DNA of 57,810 nucleotides from Synechococcus sp. (GTDB lineage Bacteria; Cyanobacteriota; Cyanobacteriia; Thermostichales; PCC-7336): NCBI GenBank assembly GCA_051439425.1, contig JBFRWD010000120.1, positions 1 to 57,810 of the forward strand, read 5' to 3'. Shown piece by piece: positions 49,880 to 57,810 of this stretch (position 1 is its first letter; each line of letters starts with the position of its first letter). The notes under the pieces were generated by a model. It saw only the letters and a program-made list of their open reading frames with translations, ran no database searches and was not told where the DNA came from. The position numbers and the translations under genes were made by a program.

Positions 49880-50900
49880 CTCAGCAGCAATCTCCAGGCG
49901 ATCGACTCAACAAACTTTTCTATCAAGTACAGCCCAGTTTACGCCTCCTACCTTCATTCCCCCAGCCACCCAATCCCGACCAAACAGCCCGAGCATACAG
50001 AAGACAGCACGCAAGCCAGAGAAATCACGGGAGGCTTTTGTACAATTGCTTTCACCTTGTTTCAGTATTTAGAACGACAAACCCACAACTCCAGAACAAG
50101 TGTTGCCAGCATTATCTAATTCCAATCGAACAGGTACACGCAGCTTTGAATCAGCAGCCCTCAAGAGAGCTCGATCGCTCAACGAATGAAAAGCCAGAAT
50201 GCCGACGGCTCAGCTGATTGGTCGATATCACCAACCTCCGCAAGTGGAGTCGTCACGTGCATCATCAAGAGCCCCACAAATAGAAAAATTTTATACAAAA
50301 CACATAAAGCAATCGCCATCCAGGTATTGATCCCACGCACTTACGGGGATTTTCTTGGTGTTATCGCCCGAATCACTTCATAATGCCTTCATATATTCCG
50401 TATTATCACGCATGGAGCCTGTAAGAGATTATCAATACTATTGCAAGTGAAGTTTCGGGAAAGTACTATCAATCGGCTTGAGACCCAAGACAAAGATGGA
50501 GATTTCATCTAATTCTTCAATCTTCTGTTGAATTTCTACCGATTTTTGTCGTTGTAATAGTCTATGGCCAATTGGCTGCAAGCATTCGCATGCCACTAGA
50601 CTTTAATTTCAAGTATTAGCCAATCAATTCATATACTAGTTTTTTACTCCCTTTCGCGATGGGAAATAAATTCAGTTGAATTGATTTTAAAATTAGTTAT
50701 GTCCTATCAGTGATTCCTGGCTCATTGAGGAAAATAATATGACTAATTTTGGCTCAACATCTTGTCAATTGTGGATGTATCTCCATGTTTTCGGTGTTGT
50801 AGTACTTAAAATGCATCAATGATTTTTTTCGACAATAGAAACCTTGAGATCTATTTCCTTGATAGTGTTTTCCCGAAAATAATTGATTTGGGGTGATTTC

Positions 50901-52028
50901 GTGAAACTGCTACAAACTATTGGCGAAACAGTTGATATCCAGAAACTTCTGGACGATCCGTCTCTACTTGGAAAATTAGAAGGGGACCTTGCTCAAGAAA
51001 TGGGAGCAAGACAAGCATCTAGACTTGTTAACAGGCTTGAAAGATTTCTAGAGAAATTCCAGAACCGAGAGGTTGTCGGCACGGATGAAGACGACGTGCT
51101 GAAAGGGAAGTTTGGCGATGACACGCTGAGCGGAAATAACGGAAACGATCGCATGTTTGGCTGCGCTGGCGATGACCTCATGAAGGGGGGAGCGGGTAAT
51201 GACCTCATGCAAGGTGGGTTTGGCGATGACGAAATGCACGGTGGCCTGGGCAATGACACCGTTCGAGGGGGCGCCGGAAATGACGTCTTATCTGGCGATC
51301 GCGCCCTGACGGCGCAAGATTTCGATGATGAAGGCTACTTGACCGCAGACGCGATCGGCGAACACGGCAATGACAGGCTAAACGGGGGAATTGGTAACGA
51401 CACAATTACGAGTGCTCTGGGGAATGACACTCTCAGAGGGGGTGAAGGCAACGACCATCTGATTAGCTACAGCGACTCCAACACTCCTGCCGAGAACCCA
51501 GCAATTCCTGCATCAGTAAATGATGGTAACGATCTAGATAAACTAGCATTTACACAGGAGTTTATTAATCCACTTGGACTCGATGCCAACGATCTATTGA
51601 TTGGCGGAGCAGGTGCCGATACGTTTGAATTCCGACTACAAATCAACGCCCCCAAAGATATTGTTGCCAAACACACGAATGCCGATGGCTCCATCAATTG
51701 GGGCATGAACGGTGTCGCAGGTGAAAACAACAATTACCACGATCATTGGGTTGATGGTATTGGCTTCGAACGAATCGCCGACTTTAGCGGTACAGGTGGT
51801 GAAGGAGACAAAATTATCATCTCCGGACATACCGTAACCTATAAGGTCATCAAAGAGACCGATAAGATGATTCGCCTAGGAGTCTATAGCGATCAAGGAG
51901 CTGATGGCGCCAGAGGAAATGGTGCTCATGACCTCGATGGTTTAGGTGTTATTAATGTTCGACACGATGGCAACTTCAATCTACAAAATGATGTCATCGT
52001 CGATAAAGTTGACTACGGTGCCTACTAA
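50901..52028 (+). CDS. hemolysin-type (RTX) Ca-binding repeat protein
   Basis: Multiple GGxGxDxL nonapeptides (GGAGND, GGFGDD, GGLGND, GGEGND, GGAGADTF); no signal peptide; start GTG 50901 or TTG 50883. Confidence 0.88.
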   Translation: MKLLQTIGETVDIQKLLDDPSLLGKLEGDLAQEMGARQASRLVNRLERFLEKFQNREVVGTDEDDVLKGKFGDDTLSGNNGNDRMFGCAGDDLMKGGAGNDLMQGGFGDDEMHGGLGNDTVRGGAGNDVLSGDRALTAQDFDDEGYLTADAIGEHGNDRLNGGIGNDTITSALGNDTLRGGEGNDHLISYSDSNTPAENPAIPASVNDGNDLDKLAFTQEFINPLGLDANDLLIGGAGADTFEFRLQINAPKDIVAKHTNADGSINWGMNGVAGENNNYHDHWVDGIGFERIADFSGTGGEGDKIIISGHTVTYKVIKETDKMIRLGVYSDQGADGARGNGAHDLDGLGVINVRHDGNFNLQNDVIVDKVDYGAY

Positions 52029-52094
52029 AATCGGTCAGTAGAACGACCATCCGCAATTGCAGACGAGTATTCATCCGGTCATACTTCAACATTT

Positions 52095-52123
52095 GACCTC
52101 TGGCAAGGCTAGAGGTCTTTTTT
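52095..52123 (+). terminator. rho-independent terminator after the RTX gene
   Basis: GACCTCTGGC-AAG-GCTAGAGGTC followed by TTTTTT. Confidence 0.75.
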
Positions 52124-52135
52124 GTGAGGAAACCA

Positions 52136-52804
52136 TCAGCACCGCATGCGATCGCATCCACCACTGGAATGAACGGTGAATCGCGCCAGTCCCATTCGAT
52201 GACCAACGCCAACCTCCAAAGCGGGATAGGCGGTTACCTCGTACGAAAACGAGCGACTAAAGCTGGGATTACGCAGTGATTTGAGCACAATAGTCGCGGT
52301 CTGACCGGGTAGCAAAGGGGGGTCGAACTGCACCCCCACCGCTGATGCACGAGTCTCTGACGGATCGTTATCTAGCGAGCGACCGATCACCGAGACGGGA
52401 TCTCCCCGCCGAATCCCATCCCCCGCATAGGCTGAAATCGCATTCAGGCGAAAATCAACCGTATCCGTCCCAGAAAACGGAATAATTTCAACGTAACTGA
52501 GAGATTCGCCAGCATTGTCCGGCATAGAGATAGCAAATCGATAGGTGGCATTGCGAGCCCCAGTATTACTAGGGGTTAGCGAATGGTCCACCATCAGCGG
52601 AGGTGAGTTAAAGGCGATGCGGCCATCGCTGAAGGTGACTGCATGGGAACGATGACCCCACAAGCTGCTGAGGACAGTACCGCCCAGCACCAGACTAGAG
52701 ACAGTCAGACCCGCTACAGCCAGACTGGATACGGTCCATCTAGATACGGTCAAACTCGATACAGCCTGGGTTGCTGCAGATGAAAGGTGCGAGCGAAGCG
52801 TCAT
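52136..52804 (-). CDS. DUF2808-like secreted cyanobacterial protein
   Basis: DGRIAFNSPP, ATYRF.I..P.NAGE.L, FDPPL.PGQT.TI.L..RNP, VTAYP; start uncertain. Confidence 0.78.
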   Translation of the reverse strand: MTLRSHLSSAATQAVSSLTVSRWTVSSLAVAGLTVSSLVLGGTVLSSLWGHRSHAVTFSDGRIAFNSPPLMVDHSLTPSNTGARNATYRFAISMPDNAGESLSYVEIIPFSGTDTVDFRLNAISAYAGDGIRRGDPVSVIGRSLDNDPSETRASAVGVQFDPPLLPGQTATIVLKSLRNPSFSRSFSYEVTAYPALEVGVGHRMGLARFTVHSSGGCDRMRC

Positions 52805-52904
52805 ATCAGAATCCTCTGCTTCAGGTAATGGGTCCCCCCCCCTATTTGGCCTCAATTGTCTACAAACCCCCTACAGTAGCTAGAGACTATCTCTACTGTG
52901 TCAG

Positions 52905-53705
52905 ATGCAAATTGCAACGTGGAATGTCAATTCTATCCGTACCCGCCTCGCTCACGTTCAGACATGGCTGCAATCTGAAGCAGGGGCTGCTGTGGATGTG
53001 CTCTGTTTGCAAGAAACCAAAGTCCAAAACCATCAATTCCCCAACGAGCCCTTTGCAGAGATGGGTCTGCACACCTATTACTTCGGGCAAAAGTCCTATA
53101 ACGGCGTCGCCATAATTAGTCGCTCTCCGCTGGAGGACATAACCTGCGGATTTGTCCCGGTGGTAGGCGAACAAGGAGCCACCTTTGACGAGCAGAAACG
53201 AGCGATATCCGGGAGCCTGCAGGGAGTCAGGATTGTCAACGTATACGTGCCCAATGGGTCTGAAGTGGGTAGTGAAAAATATGCCTACAAACTCAAGTGG
53301 CTTCAATTACTTGAAGGCTATCTGCACCATTACGTAAATGGCAGTGATGCGGGTGTGGTGGTGTGTGGAGACTTCAACATTGCCCTGGAGGATCGAGATA
53401 TCTACAACCCGGATAAGAAAGAGAGTCACATCATGTCATCTCCCCGCGAGCGGGAAGCCCTACAACAATTGCTATCCCTAGGCTTTCAGGACACATTTCG
53501 CAAATTCACGCAGGATGGCGGCCACTTCAGTTGGTGGGATTATCGGGCCGCTGGATTTGCCCGCAATCGAGGCTGGAGGATCGATCATTTGTATGCGACT
53601 GCCGAACTGTACGAATCAGCGATCGCCTGCACGATCGATCGCGACCCCAGAGGATGGGAACGCCCTAGCGACCATACCCCTGTGATTCTGGAGATTGACC
53701 TCTAG
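52905..53705 (+). CDS. xth: exodeoxyribonuclease III
   Basis: IATWNVNS, LCLQETK, SYNGVAI, YVPNG, GDFNIA, WWDYR, RIDH, SDHTP. Confidence 0.96.
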   Translation: MQIATWNVNSIRTRLAHVQTWLQSEAGAAVDVLCLQETKVQNHQFPNEPFAEMGLHTYYFGQKSYNGVAIISRSPLEDITCGFVPVVGEQGATFDEQKRAISGSLQGVRIVNVYVPNGSEVGSEKYAYKLKWLQLLEGYLHHYVNGSDAGVVVCGDFNIALEDRDIYNPDKKESHIMSSPREREALQQLLSLGFQDTFRKFTQDGGHFSWWDYRAAGFARNRGWRIDHLYATAELYESAIACTIDRDPRGWERPSDHTPVILEIDL

Positions 53706-53801
53706 TGAGCAGAGAAGAAAAATCGTCTTCCGTCCTCGATCGTTCGCAATCTGCCGATTAGACTAAATCAGACCTCTTTCACTCGTTCCCAACGCCCAAT
53801 T

Positions 53802-54050
53802 ATGCCGGAATCAACCACACAGCCAACTGTTGAGCCTTCTATGAACGACGAGATATCTGGATCTGATACGTCTAGCTCGAAGACAGAAACGTCCAACTCT
53901 TCTAAGTACATAGCGAAACCAGAAGATAGCTATACAAAATTAGCAATGCGCAACATGGTGCGGCGCGGAGGAACCTCCCTATTCCATTTCGGACTGACAT
54001 TAGCGGCAGTATTGGGTGGATTGGTCGTCATCTCTTACCTGTTCCATTAA
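53802..54050 (+). CDS. DUF3285-like small membrane protein
   Basis: SYTKLAMRNMVR.GG.SL.HF.LT plus a C-terminal TM helix. Confidence 0.8.
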   Translation: MPESTTQPTVEPSMNDEISGSDTSSSKTETSNSSKYIAKPEDSYTKLAMRNMVRRGGTSLFHFGLTLAAVLGGLVVISYLFH

Positions 54051-54256
54051 TCTTTTGTCAGGCTTGCTTTGAGGGGTGTCATCAAACCGAACGGCGCATT
54101 GCAGCAAGCCTGAGCAATATGGCGATCGGCAATCCGCTATGAAGACTTCCCTGGCTACTTTATCCTCGAAAATCAAGTCTTTTGACTGTCTCAACCCTCC
54201 AGACCATATAGCGGATTGCCATAGCACGTACCCATCACTCCTGCGCTGGCAGAACA

Positions 54257-54925
54257 CTAGGGACAACCAGGGCATGTGGGAGAGCTAATCTTGACTGGAT
54301 TGGCGAGATCGACTCCATGAGTCCCTACAGCATTAGCCAGTTGTCGAATACTCATCTCACCCCTCTCTCCGGCAACTATCCAATCGGGTACTAGGCAACT
54401 AAGTGGAACCAGGACAAACGGGCGCTCGTGCAACCGAGGGTGAGGAATGACAACTTCGGGCAATTGCGACTCAGCTCCCCACTCATCGACAAGCCTGCAA
54501 GTGGGGCATTGGATACGCTGTTCTTCCCACAGCAAGATGTCCAAATCTAGCGTGCGAGACGCCCACTTGCGTTCGCGAATTCGTCCTTGACTCGTCTCCA
54601 CATCCAGCAAAGCTTGCATGAGTTGCTGTGGGGACAGAGTGGTTGCCAACAAGGCAACGCCGTTCAAATAAGAAGGAAGAGTTGACTCTTGCTGTCTGGA
54701 GGACTCTGGCCAGACCACTGGCTCAGTCCAAAAGCAAGGAGAGACTTGCAGGATTTCGATCTGCGGATGCCGATGCAAGCGCAATAATCCCGACTCCAAC
54801 TGTCGCTGAGGATCGTCGAGATTGCTCCCGAGCGCGATCGCCACAACAGATTTCACAGGGTCGTACCCCACTTGAGGGATCCGAATGACGATAGGCTGGT
54901 TAAAGTCTGATGGCACTACTGTCAT
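54257..54925 (-). CDS. folK: 6-hydroxymethyl-7,8-dihydropterin pyrophosphokinase (HPPK)
   Basis: IALGSNL, YLNGV, E..QGR.R..KW.SRTLDLDIL, IPHPRLHERPFVLVPL; start uncertain. Confidence 0.92.
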   Translation of the reverse strand: MTVVPSDFNQPIVIRIPQVGYDPVKSVVAIALGSNLDDPQRQLESGLLRLHRHPQIEILQVSPCFWTEPVVWPESSRQQESTLPSYLNGVALLATTLSPQQLMQALLDVETSQGRIRERKWASRTLDLDILLWEEQRIQCPTCRLVDEWGAESQLPEVVIPHPRLHERPFVLVPLSCLVPDWIVAGERGEMSIRQLANAVGTHGVDLANPVKISSPTCPGCP

Positions 54926-55041
54926 GAGTGAATTGGCATATCTTGTCGCTAGGGCGAACCGCTCGCGCACTCATCGATAACGCTACCGCACGCACGAGAT
55001 TCACCCCCCACTGTCCATTTTGGCGAGGAGACTTGCAACCT

Positions 55042-55905
55042 GTGGCCGCTCTCGAGCACATTTTCAATACCCCCAATCCCATCATTGGAGTCGTGCATCT
55101 GCTGCCGCTACCCACGTCTCCGCTATGGGGAGGGAATTTAGATGCTGTCATTGCCCAAGCCGAGCGAGAGGCAACAGCCCTCGCGGCAGGCGGAGTGAAT
55201 GGCATCATCATCGAAAACTACAATGACATGCCGTTTACCAAAGGGCAGGTAGACCCGGCAGTGGTCAGTGCCATGAGTGTTGTGGTCAAGCGGCTCGAAC
55301 AGCTCGTTCAACTGCCCCTCGGGCTGAACGTCTTGCGCAACGATGCCCACAGTGCACTGGCGATCGCGGCTTGTACCGGCGCAAAATTCATCCGTGTCAA
55401 TGTCTTGACTGGGGTCATGGTGACCGACCAAGGGGCGATCGAAGGGGATGCCTACAACTTGCTGCGCTACCGCCGACAACTGGGTGTCAATGTCCAAATA
55501 TACGCCGATGTTTTGGTCAAACACGCCCGTCCACTGGGAACCGCATCGCCAATCGCCGTGGTGAAAGATACGGTCGAGCGCGGACTCGCTGACGGCATTA
55601 TTTTGTCGGGCTGGGCTACCGGCCACCCTCCTGCGTTAGACGAATTGGAAATGGCCCGGGCCGCCGCTCCACACACTCCAATCTTCATTGGCTCCGGCGC
55701 GGATGCTGACAATATCGGGGCCATGCTGGAAGTGGCCGATGGGGCAATCGTGGCGACGTCACTGAAACGCCGCAACAAGCATTCGGGGGCAGCAGGGGTC
55801 GACCCGATCAAGGTCAGCCATTTCGTTCAAGCTGCCCATCGCCATCTTGCCTCTGTTAAAGAGCGCACCGACAAGCAGTCAACAGAAATGACAGCTCGTC
55901 CCTAG
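55042..55905 (+). CDS. btpA: photosystem I biogenesis protein BtpA
   Basis: IIGVVHLLPLPTSP, IENY.D.PF, GLNVLRND, FIRVNV, ADVLVKH, ADGIILSGWATG; start GTG 55042 inferred. Confidence 0.92.
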   Translation: MAALEHIFNTPNPIIGVVHLLPLPTSPLWGGNLDAVIAQAEREATALAAGGVNGIIIENYNDMPFTKGQVDPAVVSAMSVVVKRLEQLVQLPLGLNVLRNDAHSALAIAACTGAKFIRVNVLTGVMVTDQGAIEGDAYNLLRYRRQLGVNVQIYADVLVKHARPLGTASPIAVVKDTVERGLADGIILSGWATGHPPALDELEMARAAAPHTPIFIGSGADADNIGAMLEVADGAIVATSLKRRNKHSGAAGVDPIKVSHFVQAAHRHLASVKERTDKQSTEMTARP

Positions 55906-56042
55906 CGAGATAGCTCCTGGCGGTATTGCTTGGAACGGATTACCCGGCAGTCCAGGCGACTGAGTGGCTACGATGCCAATGACTGGTCCCCACCGTCTGT
56001 CTATTCACCCTTTGTTGACCCAATGCAACGGAACCCACTTGT

Positions 56043-56522
56043 ATGAGCGTGACTCTGGTCATTACCCCTGACGCGATCGCCAATCTGGATCTAACTGCTG
56101 GCCACCGTGTCGTGAGCACCTTGCTGAAAAACCCCGTTGCATGCGCCCAGCAGCTACAGTGTCAGATTGATTTTCCTCGCGAAGATGGCGATCCGCGAGA
56201 GCTATCGGAAATTGCCGAAATCCGGCTGTGGTTCGTGCGCTTGGATGCAGCCTATCCCTGGTTGCCCTACTTCTTGGATTGGCGCGCTGGAGAGCTAGCC
56301 CGTTACACAGCCATGCTGATTCCCCATCAGTTCAGCCAGCGGGAGGGGATTCAGTACAATCCCGAAGCATTGGAAATCTTTGTCATGCAGAAAGTGTTTA
56401 TCCTGCTGGAATGGTTTAAGCATAAAGACTTTGGCAGCACCGCCGATGTGAAAAGTATGGCCAAGGTATTGGGGTACGATATTGACCCCGAATTTTTCCA
56501 ACTGTTGGAGCAATATTCGTGA
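56043..56522 (+). CDS. CRR6-family NdhI maturation factor
   Basis: DPRELSEI.EIRLWFVRLDA.YPWLP, GELARY.AMLIPHQF, PEALEIFVM.K. Confidence 0.9.
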   Translation: MSVTLVITPDAIANLDLTAGHRVVSTLLKNPVACAQQLQCQIDFPREDGDPRELSEIAEIRLWFVRLDAAYPWLPYFLDWRAGELARYTAMLIPHQFSQREGIQYNPEALEIFVMQKVFILLEWFKHKDFGSTADVKSMAKVLGYDIDPEFFQLLEQYS

Positions 56523-57118
56523 CTGGATTGCTAATTGCAGATACGGTGCCCCTACATTCAGGGTCTCTGGAAGCAGGGGCATCAGCGGTTTCCCCTGCGC
56601 CGACATACTTGCTGAACGGACTGTCTATCTACCTCGAACGAGTACAGCAGCGAGCGCTTCAATCGCTGACACTTCCACAAGACATAACGCAGATGGATTG
56701 GGGAAAAACCTGGCAAGACTACACCCACTTACTGAAGCAAGCATCTGGAGGCGTTGTCGCACTGACCTATCCTGGCAGCTTGGGGGATGCGATCGACGAC
56801 CACTCCACGCTCGCAAGCCTCTGTCAAGATTGGCGGCTGTCCGTTCTGTTAACGTTGCCTCCCCTACCGTATGCTGTCAGCTTGGCCGCCGCCTTTTCGG
56901 CCCTTGCCGCCTCATCGAAGGCTCCATTGGTGGGTTACGTTTTGGCAGGAACGCCCCAGACACCGGACGGATCGGAGCAAGATATTGCGGCGCTGAGCCA
57001 GCAGATCGAAGCGATCGCCCGAGTTCCAGTGCTAGGACATCTACCACTCGATTCCGGTGACGAGACTGCTGTATTTGCCGCAGCAGCCCGCCTGAACTGG
57101 GAGCTTCTACCGTGGTAG
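56519..57118 (+). CDS. degenerate dethiobiotin synthase (BioD)-like protein
   Basis: C-terminal BioD-like blocks (G..WQ, GSLG, DWRL.VLL, VPVLGHLP), but the P-loop and EGxGG motifs are absent; overlaps both neighbours. Confidence 0.6.
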   Translation: MTGLLIADTVPLHSGSLEAGASAVSPAPTYLLNGLSIYLERVQQRALQSLTLPQDITQMDWGKTWQDYTHLLKQASGGVVALTYPGSLGDAIDDHSTLASLCQDWRLSVLLTLPPLPYAVSLAAAFSALAASSKAPLVGYVLAGTPQTPDGSEQDIAALSQQIEAIARVPVLGHLPLDSGDETAVFAAAARLNWELLPW

Positions 57119-57780
57119 TCCGCTATCTTCCCCTGGTTACCGGCATGTTGGGTGGAAGTCTGCTGCTTCTCAATCGCCTAGCGTTCAGCCCCGACCTCCT
57201 CAACAGCCAATCCCGCTCTGACGCTCTAGGGGTCTTGCTCAGTGCCCTCCTCATCCTGACCGGACTACTGTGGCAGCAAGTCCAACCCTTACCTCCCAAA
57301 GCGGTGGAATTAGAGGGAGAACAGGGATTCGAGTTAGAAGATTCCTTCACTGACACGCAGAAGCTGGAACTGGGTTGGGCAACGCGATCGATTTTGCTGG
57401 CCAGTCCTGCCCAATCAGTCGCGATCGTCTATGACAACCGGTTAGTTCTGCGTCGCGGCATCCTATCCCCAACCAATTACAGTCCGGGGCAAGCCATCGA
57501 ACCCGGGACGATTCTGCAGCGCGTGCTGTCGCAGCAGAAACCCGTCTACCTTGTCGATCTGAAACTCTTTCCCGCTCGGGTTGAGTTTGACTATTTACCC
57601 AATAACACTCAAGCCCTGCTGTGCGAGCCGATTGGGGAGCGAGGGGCGCTGATTGCAGGGGCGGATGCTCCACGTAGCTTCACAGACCGCGATCGCGAGT
57701 GGATCCGAGCCATCATCCAAAAACTCGATCTCGCATTAAGCTCACCCCCCCCCCTAGGGGGGGTGACCGGTGGGCGGTAG
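57112..57780 (+). CDS. cofactor assembly of complex C subunit B (CCB2/CCB4 family)
   Basis: LLLLNRL..SQSRSDALG.LLSALLILTGLLWQ, ELGWAT, YLVDL.LFP.R.EF.YLP.NTQ, PRSFT..D..WI. Confidence 0.88.
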   Translation: MVVRYLPLVTGMLGGSLLLLNRLAFSPDLLNSQSRSDALGVLLSALLILTGLLWQQVQPLPPKAVELEGEQGFELEDSFTDTQKLELGWATRSILLASPAQSVAIVYDNRLVLRRGILSPTNYSPGQAIEPGTILQRVLSQQKPVYLVDLKLFPARVEFDYLPNNTQALLCEPIGERGALIAGADAPRSFTDRDREWIRAIIQKLDLALSSPPPLGGVTGGR

Positions 57781-57810
57781 GGAGGGTGTCGAGCGTCCGG
57801 GGGTGGGAGT

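Noticed and set aside
876..57673. Many 60-190 aa ORFs overlapping recognised genes in other frames or antisense (e.g. 876-1334, 10941-11438, 55138-55626, 56482-57060)
   Set aside because: Shadow ORFs of well-supported genes, with no motifs of their own.
57742..57766. Poly-C / poly-G inverted repeat at the end of the CCB-family gene as a phase-variation tract
   Set aside because: Slippage would change only the last few residues; more likely a hairpin or dispersed repeat, and context is cut by the window end.
1..57810. tRNA, rRNA or CRISPR loci
   Set aside because: None recognised by eye; tRNAscan-SE and Infernal would be needed to exclude them.

Overview
Cyanobacterial chromosomal window (frequent HIP1 octamer GCGATCGC; btpA, CRR6-, CCB2/4- and Tab2-family genes). 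Housekeeping flanks (gatA, sds, rpoD/sigA, corA, xth, folK, btpA) enclose a phytochrome / response regulator / hybrid kinase cluster and a phosphonate regulon in two blocks: phnF-phnGHIJKLM plus a PhnZ-like gene (16.6-24.3 kb) and phnCDE (40.0-43.0 kb). Between them lies a ~15 kb accessory island (24.4-39.6 kb) whose right edge carries an IS5-family remnant and a frameshifted SDR pseudogene. The island holds the best candidate for an undescribed system: 11 co-directional minus-strand genes encoding two paralogous acidic-leader proteins (one with a (Y/F)DE repeat followed by a cationic amphipathic helix), a HEXXH zincin-like protein, three unknown proteins, a PIN-like protein, a DUF4438-like protein, a LuxR-type regulator, a LysM/peptidoglycan-binding/Zn-hydrolase protein and a GIY-YIG nuclease, with a second paralogous LuxR gene facing them. 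All calls come from motif recognition by eye; no database searches were run.
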